64,000 nt of DNA. Source: Candidatus Hydrogenedentota bacterium (GTDB lineage: Bacteria; Hydrogenedentota; Hydrogenedentia; Hydrogenedentales; SLHB01). Below the pieces are notes generated by a model that did not search any database, was not told the origin of the DNA, and saw nothing but the letters and a program-made list of their open reading frames with translations. Shown piece after piece: positions 49,279 through 58,844 of this stretch. The stretch covers positions 1 through 64,000 of the forward strand of contig CAVUWV010000014.1 in assembly GCA_963745075.1 (NCBI GenBank), given 5' to 3'. Numbering within the stretch: position 1 is the first letter of the stretch; the number at the start of each line of letters is the position of its first letter. A program made the position numbers and the translations under genes.

Positions 49279-50967
49279 TCACAATCCGATTAAGGTGATC
49301 TCGCCCCAATACGCAGCTTCGCAGTACCAGCCGGTCGGTTGGTTCAAGAGTTCAGCCTTAATCGTTTGGCCCGCGTACGGCGCCAAATCAACGTCGACCG
49401 TGAGCCAGCCGTCATGGACCGTGTCCGCGCTGACAGGAGTGTTCACCACGTCCTTGCCATTGATTCTCACGATCAGTTGCCAGTCGCCACCCTCGTGATG
49501 ACTGACCGTGAGCCGCAGCTTGCCCTTTGTATTGGCAGGAATGGTGCCTTCCCGCCAGATGACGCATGGCGTCGCGCCGTCGTCGGGGTGGGTGACCAGA
49601 ACCCGTTCGCGTCCCCGGTACTCGGCGCGGATGCCGGGATCCATTTCCAGTCCGCAATCCTTGATTTCCCAGCCCGGTGCGAACTCCGCGACGACTGCGT
49701 TCATATCCGGGCGTCCGTCAGACAACTCTCTCGAACGGATTTGATCCTCCAATTCGGCATCGGTAAAGCGGCTATTCGCAATTGGACCGGGATCCCAGCT
49801 TTGCTCCAACGGCGAGGGCAGTGGTTTCTGGATGGGGATCAGGAACGTCTCATTCCCGTTTTCATCTACACTGACCTTGCCGCCCGCGCGAACGACGGCG
49901 GCGCGTGCCAAAGTTTCAGACACTTTCAGGAGCTGCGTGAAGGAGTAATCGGTATGGGAAAAGACTGTATCGCGATTCAACGCGGACGTGAATTTCTCCG
50001 GTACGTTTTCCAAAGCAAGTGACGTAAACAGGATGCCCGCGGCACTGGATGGATTGCAGTCGGAATCCTGACCGCAGCGTGTCGCAATCTGAATCGTTTT
50101 GTCCGGGTCGCCGGCACCGTATAGCAATCCCATCACGATGTATGCGCCGTTGATTTTGGCATCAATGTTGAATCCCTTCTTCGCGCCGCCGCACGAGGCC
50201 TTCCGATAGTCTGGATTCTCGTTGTACTTTGCCTCGACCAGCGTCCATGTCGCTTCCCAGTTTGCCGGGTCGGCTTTCCACCACGTAATGACATCGCGGA
50301 TGCATTCGGCATACTGGCTGCCGGACGGAATGCAGTCCAGACCCGCGAGGACGATCTTTTCGGGGTCGGACTCGAAGAACGCCGATGCGTACATCCCGCC
50401 CACAAACTGGCCGCCGTATAGTCCATCACCGTAGTTCATAATCCTGCCGAAAATCTCGCCGAGCGCGATCGGAACGTTCGGAAGTCCGGGTGCAATCAGG
50501 CCGGAATAATCAGCCTCGATCTGGTAGTCAATGTCGTCCGCGTGCTTGTTGAATTCCGGATGGCCGGAATCTGGCGGGGCGATCCCCGCGCGAAGGTTGT
50601 CGCGTCCGGTGCTGTTGGCATGCCAGAGGGGGTAGAGGCTCCGGGCAAAGTCAATGCCGGCCTGCTTACGGGACACGTCCCAGCCGTAGTCCTCGAGCGA
50701 TTTCAGGAACGTCATCTCGACGTAGAGGTCATCCTGCCAGAACTGGTTGACGAGTTCGGGTTTCCATTCCGGCATCTTGCTTTCCGGCACCATGTGTCCG
50801 TTGAACTGGAACTCGGTGGGCGCACCCCAGCCTACGCCGGCCATCTGCCCAATCCAACCGGCCGTCATCCGGCTGACATACTCGTCAACCGGCAACTGGA
50901 GGTAATCGTCTTGTGCCTGCACGATGCTGCACATACCGAAGAGGACCAGTATGGCGTATCGCTTCAT
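49279..50967 (-). CDS. Exported ADP-ribosylglycohydrolase-fold protein with C-terminal beta-sandwich
   Basis: AGWIGQMAGVGWGAPTE, QDDLYVE, DDIDYQIEAD, GLLYG.GD, GQDSDCNPS; signal peptide. Confidence 0.82.
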   Translation of the reverse strand: MKRYAILVLFGMCSIVQAQDDYLQLPVDEYVSRMTAGWIGQMAGVGWGAPTEFQFNGHMVPESKMPEWKPELVNQFWQDDLYVEMTFLKSLEDYGWDVSRKQAGIDFARSLYPLWHANSTGRDNLRAGIAPPDSGHPEFNKHADDIDYQIEADYSGLIAPGLPNVPIALGEIFGRIMNYGDGLYGGQFVGGMYASAFFESDPEKIVLAGLDCIPSGSQYAECIRDVITWWKADPANWEATWTLVEAKYNENPDYRKASCGGAKKGFNIDAKINGAYIVMGLLYGAGDPDKTIQIATRCGQDSDCNPSSAAGILFTSLALENVPEKFTSALNRDTVFSHTDYSFTQLLKVSETLARAAVVRAGGKVSVDENGNETFLIPIQKPLPSPLEQSWDPGPIANSRFTDAELEDQIRSRELSDGRPDMNAVVAEFAPGWEIKDCGLEMDPGIRAEYRGRERVLVTHPDDGATPCVIWREGTIPANTKGKLRLTVSHHEGGDWQLIVRINGKDVVNTPVSADTVHDGWLTVDVDLAPYAGQTIKAELLNQPTGWYCEAAYWGEITLIGL

Positions 50968-51309
50968 CTTCGCCCCCAATCTTCCGTCGTTGTACCAACG
51001 ACTTTTTCGCCTCATGGGATTTCAGCGTGACGGCTCGTCGTCTTCAATTGAATGCGCCGTCTCTATCCGGAACCGGGGGAAGTCTAGATCCCGCGTTACG
51101 GGCGGTCAAGTCGCACGTCTAGGATCGTCGAGCCGTTCCAAGTAATGGACTCCGGGATATGAAGTTGGATACCCTGTTCATGCAGGGTGCCTGGTTGACG
51201 AAACCGCGGGTCGAGGGGTCGAGAACGGCGACGAAACAACGTACGGGTTTGCGGGTTCCCGTCCTCGAAGTCTCTTAGCTCATTTCCTTCGATGGGGAGA
51301 AGGAGCGAA

Positions 51310-52308
51310 ATGAATTCGAGCATCCTTTCGGCGGAGCGTCTGCCAGCGATGGAGTCTGCTGCGGAGTACGGACCACGACGGTCCGCGCGCATCGCGAACG
51401 TCGAGCGGCTGCGCATCCTGGCCATCTTCGAGATCATCGGGTTTCACGCCGCCACAGAACGGACCCTGTTCTTCGGCGGGGTTGGGCTGGCTACGTTTCT
51501 TATCCTGACGAATCTGTTCAACACCACCGTGTCCAACAAACGCGGGTTCACGTCGTTTGCGAAGGCCAAGATCCACCGGCTCCTGTGGCCGTGGCTGTTC
51601 TGGTGCGGCGTTTACGCGGTCTGGATTGCGTTTCACGCGTATCGGCACGGCCAACCGCTGTCGGGTGCGTTCAGTCCATGGATGTTGCTCTACGGAACTA
51701 AAGAGCATCTCTGGTTTGTGCCCTTTGCGCTCGTCTCGGGTGTCACGGTGGGCTGGTTTCAACACTCGTCGTTACAGTGGCGTGACGGTCCGCTCATCGC
51801 CGCCTGCGCAATTCTCGGCGGCGCGATCCTATTGATCAGTTCCGTCGTCACAACCTATTGCGGCGGATTGCACATCCCCATTCCCCAATACTTGTACGCA
51901 TTGCCGTCGACGTTCATCGGATTCGCGTTGGGGCGGTCGGTACTCATTCAGGATCCCGTGGCAAAACGTCGAGCACTAGGGGGGTTGTGCATTGGCGCGG
52001 CAGTCTACGGCGCGGCTTTTCTCGCGCTGGTCCAGGTCGTTCCTCTGCACTATATGGTCTTGCGCTACGCCGTCATGGTGATCGTCATCAGCGGGGCCAT
52101 CGTCTGTCCCGGCCGGGAAGATACGTTGACGCGCCTGAGTATTCCGCTGATGTTCGGCGTCTACCTGATTCACCCGTTGATCGTGGAGATCCTGTACCGC
52201 TTCGACGTGCTTCATCGGCACATTCTTCTTTATGCCCTCGTCGTATTCGTTCTCTCGAACCTTGCCATCTGGACCATGCAGCGGACGAAGTTGCGAAGGT
52301 TTACGTGA
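51310..52308 (+). CDS. Acyltransferase family 3 (OafA-like) membrane protein
   Basis: RIANVERLRILAIFEIIGFH, KIHRLLWPWLFW, HLWFVP, FGVYLIHP; many TM helices. Confidence 0.85.
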   Translation: MNSSILSAERLPAMESAAEYGPRRSARIANVERLRILAIFEIIGFHAATERTLFFGGVGLATFLILTNLFNTTVSNKRGFTSFAKAKIHRLLWPWLFWCGVYAVWIAFHAYRHGQPLSGAFSPWMLLYGTKEHLWFVPFALVSGVTVGWFQHSSLQWRDGPLIAACAILGGAILLISSVVTTYCGGLHIPIPQYLYALPSTFIGFALGRSVLIQDPVAKRRALGGLCIGAAVYGAAFLALVQVVPLHYMVLRYAVMVIVISGAIVCPGREDTLTRLSIPLMFGVYLIHPLIVEILYRFDVLHRHILLYALVVFVLSNLAIWTMQRTKLRRFT

Positions 52309-52356
52309 ATCTGCCGAAGTTTCGATGGCGCAATTCTGGAAACCCAAATAGACTCT

Positions 52357-53418
52357 TCAATCCCGCATACGGGCTGCTTCGGCAAAGGCGACAATATTTT
52401 CCCAGGGCGTTTCAGGTTGCACCATGTTTGAGGGACAGAGGATCGCGCGGTTATCCGGCGTACAACATTCGCGGATCCGGCCGATCCATTGCCGTATCTT
52501 TTCCGGCGTGCCGAAAGGAAAGAGTTTTTGTGCGCTGATCGTTGCGCACAGCAGGATGTCCTGGCCATATTGCTTGTAAGTAGATTCGAAATCCATGCAT
52601 TCGGGTTGAATGGGATGCAGGATGTCGAAGCCCACATCGATAATATCCGGGATGATCGCTTCGATGTTCCCGCAACTGTGCAGAAAGAACGCCGTATCCG
52701 GATGCGACCTGCGCACGGTATCAAGAATGTCGCGCCACTGGGGTCTAATGAACCGTCGCCACAGTTCCGGGTCAATCTGCATGCCCGTTTGCATCCCGGC
52801 GTCGTCGTAAAAGCACAACACGTCGATTCCGGCCGCGGCCGACTCGAGGGCAAGCTTCTTCGTGTAGTCCGCGACTTTTGCGATGACCGCCTCGGCCAAC
52901 GGCACATTGGTAAGAAGGTCCATCATGAATTGTTCCATGCCCCGCAGCCACCAGGACCATTCGTAGATGCTACCCGCATATCCGAAGACCGGGTACCCTC
53001 GTGCATGATACTCCTGCGACAACTGCTCCGCCGAGTTTCGTTCGATTAGCGGTGCTGGAAACCGTTCCACGTCTGTCACGGTTGCCACGTTGGCGAGTGG
53101 CGGAAAGGTCTTCTCATAGGTTCCGGCGGCGCCGCCCGCCCAATGACCGATGCCCCATTCATCAAATGTCGTCCCAGGTGGTACGGGTCCATGCACGGCG
53201 GCGGGATCGTCACCCCCAAACCGCGTCTTCAGGGAAACCGTTCGGAAGTCGTAATCAAAGTATTCCTCGGGCTGGCGGCTTCCGGTTTCCCGTTCAAAGC
53301 GTTCGAGCACCGGCGCCGTGAACCCGGGTGCACCGCCTATGTCGAGCGTAAAGGGGATCCAGTCGCCGTTGCCGGTCTGCAACATCTTCTGTAGATTCTC
53401 GAAGCAGATTGAACTCAC
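52357..53418 (-). CDS. Uroporphyrinogen decarboxylase (UROD/MtaA-like) family protein
   Basis: DEWG, SWWLRGMEQFMMDL, YDDAG, HSCGNI, ILHPIQPECMD, LPFGTPE, PSNMVQPETPWENI. Confidence 0.88.
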   Translation of the reverse strand: MSSICFENLQKMLQTGNGDWIPFTLDIGGAPGFTAPVLERFERETGSRQPEEYFDYDFRTVSLKTRFGGDDPAAVHGPVPPGTTFDEWGIGHWAGGAAGTYEKTFPPLANVATVTDVERFPAPLIERNSAEQLSQEYHARGYPVFGYAGSIYEWSWWLRGMEQFMMDLLTNVPLAEAVIAKVADYTKKLALESAAAGIDVLCFYDDAGMQTGMQIDPELWRRFIRPQWRDILDTVRRSHPDTAFFLHSCGNIEAIIPDIIDVGFDILHPIQPECMDFESTYKQYGQDILLCATISAQKLFPFGTPEKIRQWIGRIRECCTPDNRAILCPSNMVQPETPWENIVAFAEAARMRD

Positions 53419-53935
53419 CGTTCAGACGCCCCCGCGTATATCCTCCGCATTATGCCGGACGTGATTCTACCTGTGGTGGTGGCGTCGTTCCTACTTCGTC
53501 AGGCGGCGTACGGCGATTGGATGATGGCGCACGAATTGGTGTACGTTCCCAACATGACAATTCGCTAATGCGTGCAGGGGATATTCGGGGGAACGCAACC
53601 AGGATGGTTCTTCCTGGCCACCAACCGCACGAAGTGGACGCAACGACGATGGAACGTACTGCACTGCCCGTCCGGCGCCGGTAAGCAGACTCGATTCGCT
53701 GGCGCGCGTCCATTGGTATCGCTGCGCAGTCTCACCAGCCGATGTTTGTGCACTCCGTTGAGACTTGACCGCGCAAATGGAGCATTGAATGGCTTCGCAG
53801 CAATGAATTGACATTTTGCTGCGGTGCGTTGAGAATCGTCAGTGCGCGATCAACGGCGGTCAATTCGACGACATGCACGCGTACGGTCCCATTCTATGCG
53901 TGGTGAAAGTGAATGCCGCATTCAGGAGGTCATTG

Positions 53936-54352
53936 ATGAAATACGTTTTGTACTTTCCGCTGCTCGGGCTGGTCTTTGTAGCGTACAATATTGCCATGGC
54001 AGCGGGTGTAGACTTCGCGGCCAATGCGACGGTGTTGAATATTCCGCACCTGACGCGTGAAACACCGACCACGGTCGGGACTTCCGATTTGATTCTAGGA
54101 ATCGGAATTATCCTGCTCTATTTCGAGATTCTGAAAGCCGCTCGAACCTCCCGGACCACGACCATCGATCACATGTTTTCCATGGTCGCCTTCATCGCGT
54201 TCCTGATCGAGTTCATCGTGGCGCCAGGCGCCGGCACCGCGACGTTCATGTTGCTCACGCTACTTGCGTTGATCGATGTGATTGCGGGATTCACCATCAG
54301 CATTGCTACCGCGCGGCGGGATTTTGCGGTCGGGGGAGGGGGACTCGGTTAA
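53936..54352 (+). CDS. Conserved-type hypothetical 4-TM membrane protein
   Basis: RBS AGGAGG; hydrophobic helices; EILKA…IDHMFSM…FLIEF…DVIAGFTISI..ARRD. Confidence 0.75.
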   Translation: MKYVLYFPLLGLVFVAYNIAMAAGVDFAANATVLNIPHLTRETPTTVGTSDLILGIGIILLYFEILKAARTSRTTTIDHMFSMVAFIAFLIEFIVAPGAGTATFMLLTLLALIDVIAGFTISIATARRDFAVGGGGLG

Positions 54353-54388
54353 TAGGCAGAAGGCCAGAACGAGCCAGGAGATTCAACA

Positions 54389-55525
54389 ATGCTATGCATT
54401 GGATTACGCGCGGCTATTACAGCGTTAGCGGTCTTTTCAGTATGGATACCGCACGATACGGCAACTGCCGAGGAGCCGAAATCAGCGCCGTCCACGCGCG
54501 TGCACGCCTTCTACTACGCCTGGTATCAGAACCCGGAAACCGACGGGGCCTGGAGCCACTGGAACCATGCCGTCTCGGTACGCAAGGGCACCCCGTTCAG
54601 CTACGAGCCGCCGGAGCAGATCGGTGCGAACTTCTATCCCGCCTTGGGGCTCTATAGTTCGAGTTCGCGCGAGGATCTCGCCGATCACATGCAGCAACTG
54701 AAGCAGGCGGGCGTGGGGGTCATCGCCACGTCCTGGTGGGGGCCGGGTGACTTCACGGACCGAATTCTGCCGACGCTGCTCGACGTTGCCGATGAGCACG
54801 GGATCAAGGTCGCCATTCACATCGAGCCCATCGCGGGACGCGACGGCGCTCGCGCGCAACCGTTTCGCGATGCCATCGTGTATCTTGTCGATCACTACGG
54901 CGAACACCCGGCCTACTTTCGCGATGCTGCGCGGGGTAACAAACCTATGTTCTATTTCTATGACTCGTACTTGGTGGAGCCGTCTGACTGGGCGAGTCTT
55001 TTCACGGTCGAGGGAGACCGTTCGTTGCGCGGCACGAAGTACGATGGACTCTTCATCGGCTTGTACGTGAAGGCCGAAGATGGGGACGCGATTGTCGAAT
55101 CCGGTTTCGACGGATTCTATACCTATTTTGCCTCCGATGGGTTTACCTACGGATCAACGACCGCAAACTGGCCGTCGCTCATGCAGTTCGCCCGGGACCG
55201 CCGCATACTTTTCATACCCAGTGTTGCCCCCGGATACGACGACACGCGAATCCGGCCCTGGAATACCGCCAATCAACGCGCGAGGGAGGAGGGGGCGTAC
55301 TACGACCGCATGTGGGAAGCCGCGCTGGACGTTGGTCCGCCCTTCGTCTCGATCACGTCTTTCAACGAATGGCACGAAGGGACCCAGATCGAACCAGCCG
55401 TTCCGAAAACGACTCCGTCCTATATCTATCTCGACTATTCCCCCCTGGAGCCGGACTACTACTTGAAGCAAACCGCCGAATGGGTGAAACGCCTTACCGG
55501 CCGTCACGCGTTCCGTTCGCAATGA
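54389..55525 (+). CDS. Glycoside hydrolase family 99 endo-alpha-1,2-mannosidase/mannanase-like
   Basis: VHAFYYAWY, IGANFYPALGLYSS, HIEP, FYDSY, GFYTYFAS.GF.YGS, GYDDTRIRPWN, SITSFNEWHEGTQIEP catalytic motif. Confidence 0.9.
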   Translation: MLCIGLRAAITALAVFSVWIPHDTATAEEPKSAPSTRVHAFYYAWYQNPETDGAWSHWNHAVSVRKGTPFSYEPPEQIGANFYPALGLYSSSSREDLADHMQQLKQAGVGVIATSWWGPGDFTDRILPTLLDVADEHGIKVAIHIEPIAGRDGARAQPFRDAIVYLVDHYGEHPAYFRDAARGNKPMFYFYDSYLVEPSDWASLFTVEGDRSLRGTKYDGLFIGLYVKAEDGDAIVESGFDGFYTYFASDGFTYGSTTANWPSLMQFARDRRILFIPSVAPGYDDTRIRPWNTANQRAREEGAYYDRMWEAALDVGPPFVSITSFNEWHEGTQIEPAVPKTTPSYIYLDYSPLEPDYYLKQTAEWVKRLTGRHAFRSQ

Positions 55526-55764
55526 ACGGAAGAAGTTTCGGGTCCATATTCTTCATTGAGAATTCCCAAGAGACGAGGATACTATAGTAGCTTGAAATTC
55601 GTATAAGCGTTGTGCGCGAAGGCGGTTGGATTGGCGGTTCCAACGGCCGCACGACGTTAGCCGAAATGCCGCCTTCCAAACAGAGGAAATGATGGAAGAT
55701 TCCATATTCCGTGCGTTATCCAACGGACATCAACTCCTGTGTTGACATGTTGATGCCCGTTTCG

Positions 55765-57594
55765 ATGAAGTATTTGCCCCTTGCGATTATCCTTGGCTTG
55801 TGCTGGTCGTGCGCCACTGCGCCGCCTGTTTGGACTCCGGAAACCGTCGCCGTGCCGTCGCCGGCCCGTGAGGGGATCGAACCGGCGGCGCCTCTGGATG
55901 AACGCGCGGAAGAAATCCTCCCGGCCGGACAGACCATGGCCGAGACACCGGTTCCGCTTTCCCGCGACGGCGCGCTGCTCACGGCGATTTCCAATAACCG
56001 TTCCCTCGAAGTCGCCCGGTTCGGTCCCGAGATTGCCGGCACATTTGTGCCGGAGGCACGCGCCGCATTTGACCCGACGCTCCTCGGGACCCTGTCAACG
56101 GGCCGCACGCGAGAGCCGCTTCCCGTCCGCCGCTTGTCGAGTACCAGCCGCACTTCCAGCAGTAGCCGCAGCTCCAGTGGAAGCACCGGCACTACAGGCA
56201 CTTCGAGTGGAATGACCCCATCCGGGGCCATGACTCAAGCCCAAAGAGTCCAACAGAATATCGCACAGGCGCAGCGCGTCCTTGACGACCTGGACAGCGC
56301 TTCCACCCTGTACGAGAACCGCAAGAACCCCTTCGTCGAAACCAGGAGTACGGATGGAACCGTCCTGCTTCAGGAGACGTTGCCCACTGGGACCCAACTG
56401 TTCTTGACAGGGGCCGCATCCCGGAACGAAGTGGCTCGCTCCGTCGATAACAATGCGGGATCCTGGGTCGTGGGGGCCAGTCAGCCCTTGCTGCGCGGCG
56501 CAGGGCTTGACGTGAATCTGGTGGAGCTGAAACAGGCCAAGAACGTGCGCGCTCAAAGCGAACACGTCCTTCGCGTCGAGGTTACCGACCTTGTCCGGCA
56601 AGTGGAAGATGCCTATTGGGAATTGGTGCTGGCCAACGAGGTGCTCAAGATTCGAGATTTCGCAGTCTCGCTGGCCGACGAGCAACTCAGACGGAATCAG
56701 GACCTCTACTCCGTCGGCAAGACGGTGGAAGGAGATGTTATGTCGGCGAAGGCAGAACGCTCGTCGCGCATCGCGGACCGGGCCGACGCCCAAGCGGCAA
56801 TCGAAACGGAGACCCTCGCGTTGATTCGGTTCCTGAATCCGGACGTAGAAGCGCCTTGGAAGATCCAGTTCCACCCCGTGGACCCGCCCGAAGTCGAGCA
56901 CATCGACGTAAATCCGGATGTCAGCGAGCGCCTGGCGAACATATACCGTTCCGAACTGGCCGAATCGCGACTGGAAGTGGCGAACAGCGACCTGGGTTTG
57001 ATCCAGACGCGGAACGGCCTTCTGCCGAGGCTGGACCTGGTTGGCTCGTACGGGCGCTCGAGCAGCGGCTTCCGCGCCGGGGACATTACGCGCAAGTTGG
57101 ACTCGCCGCAATACGACTCTTTCCAATTCGGTCTTGAATTCGAGACCCCGATACTTTATCGGGCCGAACGTGCGCGCAATCAACGGGCCAAAATGGTACA
57201 GTCCCAAGCCAGTGCGAATCTGAGCGACTTCGAACAGGCGGTAGCCACCGAAGTGCGGCAAGCCGCCGTCGAGGTAGGCCGGCAATGGAAGCGAATCGAC
57301 GCTACGCAAGATGCCGTGACGAGCCGCAAAGAAGAACTGCGAATCGCCGAGGATCGCAACGCCGTAGGCAAGACCACGAATCTCGACCTGCAGATCGTGC
57401 AGCGCGATCTGATTCAGGCGGAAGTGGACGAGGTCACGGCCCGAATACATTACATCGAGGCGCTGACTGGGCTGTATGCGGCCGAAGGGACGCTGCTTGA
57501 GCGGCGCGGTATCCGGCTCCAGGGAGATACGTTATACAGCGGCGCGCAGAACATCCCGGGGGACGGGGAAAACGAGCAACGAGGTAGTGAATGA
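55765..57594 (+). CDS. TolC-family outer membrane efflux protein (lipoprotein-type signal)
   Basis: Two OEP repeats (AISNNRSL…QPLLRG…VEDAYWEL; LLPRLDL…VRQAA…GKTTNLDLQ); first gene of the MFP/RND operon. Confidence 0.88.
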   Translation: MKYLPLAIILGLCWSCATAPPVWTPETVAVPSPAREGIEPAAPLDERAEEILPAGQTMAETPVPLSRDGALLTAISNNRSLEVARFGPEIAGTFVPEARAAFDPTLLGTLSTGRTREPLPVRRLSSTSRTSSSSRSSSGSTGTTGTSSGMTPSGAMTQAQRVQQNIAQAQRVLDDLDSASTLYENRKNPFVETRSTDGTVLLQETLPTGTQLFLTGAASRNEVARSVDNNAGSWVVGASQPLLRGAGLDVNLVELKQAKNVRAQSEHVLRVEVTDLVRQVEDAYWELVLANEVLKIRDFAVSLADEQLRRNQDLYSVGKTVEGDVMSAKAERSSRIADRADAQAAIETETLALIRFLNPDVEAPWKIQFHPVDPPEVEHIDVNPDVSERLANIYRSELAESRLEVANSDLGLIQTRNGLLPRLDLVGSYGRSSSGFRAGDITRKLDSPQYDSFQFGLEFETPILYRAERARNQRAKMVQSQASANLSDFEQAVATEVRQAAVEVGRQWKRIDATQDAVTSRKEELRIAEDRNAVGKTTNLDLQIVQRDLIQAEVDEVTARIHYIEALTGLYAAEGTLLERRGIRLQGDTLYSGAQNIPGDGENEQRGSE

Positions 57595-58844
57595 CGCAGT
57601 TCAAACAACACCGGCGGCGGTGCGGTGAGACGAGCCGAGGGATCCTGCTCGCCGCCGTATTGCTGCTGGCGGCAGTCACCGGTTCCTGCGGGAAGAAGAC
57701 GGAAGGATCTGCAGGAGGAAAGCCGCCCGCAGTCCCTGTCCACGCCGCCGAAGTGACCCAACGCGATATGCCCGTGGTGCTCGACTCCATAGGGGCAGGT
57801 GAGGCGTATTCCACCGTCAATGTGAAGTCCCAGGTAACGGGGGAAATTGTCGACGTTACGTTTCGCGAAGGCGACATCGTGCAGGAAGGGCAGGTGCTGT
57901 TTACGATCGACCAGCGCCCCTTCAAAGTGGCGTTGCACGAAGCCGAGGCCAACCTGGCCCGGGCGGAAGCCGAACTCGAACACGCGAAAGCCATGGTCGA
58001 GCGAGACAAGGCCGAGGCGGACAACGCGAAAACGGAACTGGATCGCGATACGACCCTGTTGGACCGGGGAACGATTTCGCAGGAAGAGTTCGACCAGACG
58101 CGCACCAACGCCGATTCGATGCAGGCGTCGGTCCATGCGGATGAGGCTGCTGTAAAGTCCAGCAGCGAATCGATTCGCGTGGCCAGGTCGGCTATCGACG
58201 ACGCCAAATTGCAACTCGACTACTGCACGATCCGGTCGCCTTTAACGGGGCGAACCGGCAGTCTTCTCATCCATAAGGGCAATCTCGTGAAGGCCAACGA
58301 CACGGAACCTCTCGTTGTGATCAACGAGACGCGGCCGATCTATGTGAACTTCACCCTGCCTGAGGCAGCGTTGTCGGCGGTGAGAAAAGCCATGGCCGCC
58401 GGGCGCCTCGAGGTGCGCGCCGAGATTCCGGGCGAAGAAGCTGACCCCGTAGTCGGCAATGTCACCTTCGTTGACAACGCCGTCAACCAGGATACGGGGA
58501 CCATTCGCCTCAAGGCATCGTTTCCCAACGAAGACGACCGATTGTGGCCGGGTCAATATGTGAGCGTCTTCGTTCGCGTCGCCACAATTCCGAATGCCGT
58601 CGTGGCGCCTACGCAAGCGATTCAGATGGGCCAGGACGGGGCCTACGCGTACATCGTCAAAGCCGACAAGACCGTTGAGCTGCGGGAGGTCACCGTTGGG
58701 GATACCTACGAGGGCGACAGCATCATCGAAAAAGGATTGAATCCCGGTGAAACGGTTGTCACCGACGGCCAGATGCGGCTCGCGCCGGGCTTGACGGCGG
58801 ATATCCTTCCCGACGACGCCGAAGGAGCCGCGAGCAGCTCATGA
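57591..58844 (+). CDS. RND efflux periplasmic adaptor (MFP)
   Basis: STVNVKSQVTG…EGDIVQEGQVLFTIDQRPF, helical hairpin, TIRSPLTGRTG, TGTIRLKA…LWPGQYV. Confidence 0.93.
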   Translation: MTQFKQHRRRCGETSRGILLAAVLLLAAVTGSCGKKTEGSAGGKPPAVPVHAAEVTQRDMPVVLDSIGAGEAYSTVNVKSQVTGEIVDVTFREGDIVQEGQVLFTIDQRPFKVALHEAEANLARAEAELEHAKAMVERDKAEADNAKTELDRDTTLLDRGTISQEEFDQTRTNADSMQASVHADEAAVKSSSESIRVARSAIDDAKLQLDYCTIRSPLTGRTGSLLIHKGNLVKANDTEPLVVINETRPIYVNFTLPEAALSAVRKAMAAGRLEVRAEIPGEEADPVVGNVTFVDNAVNQDTGTIRLKASFPNEDDRLWPGQYVSVFVRVATIPNAVVAPTQAIQMGQDGAYAYIVKADKTVELREVTVGDTYEGDSIIEKGLNPGETVVTDGQMRLAPGLTADILPDDAEGAASSS

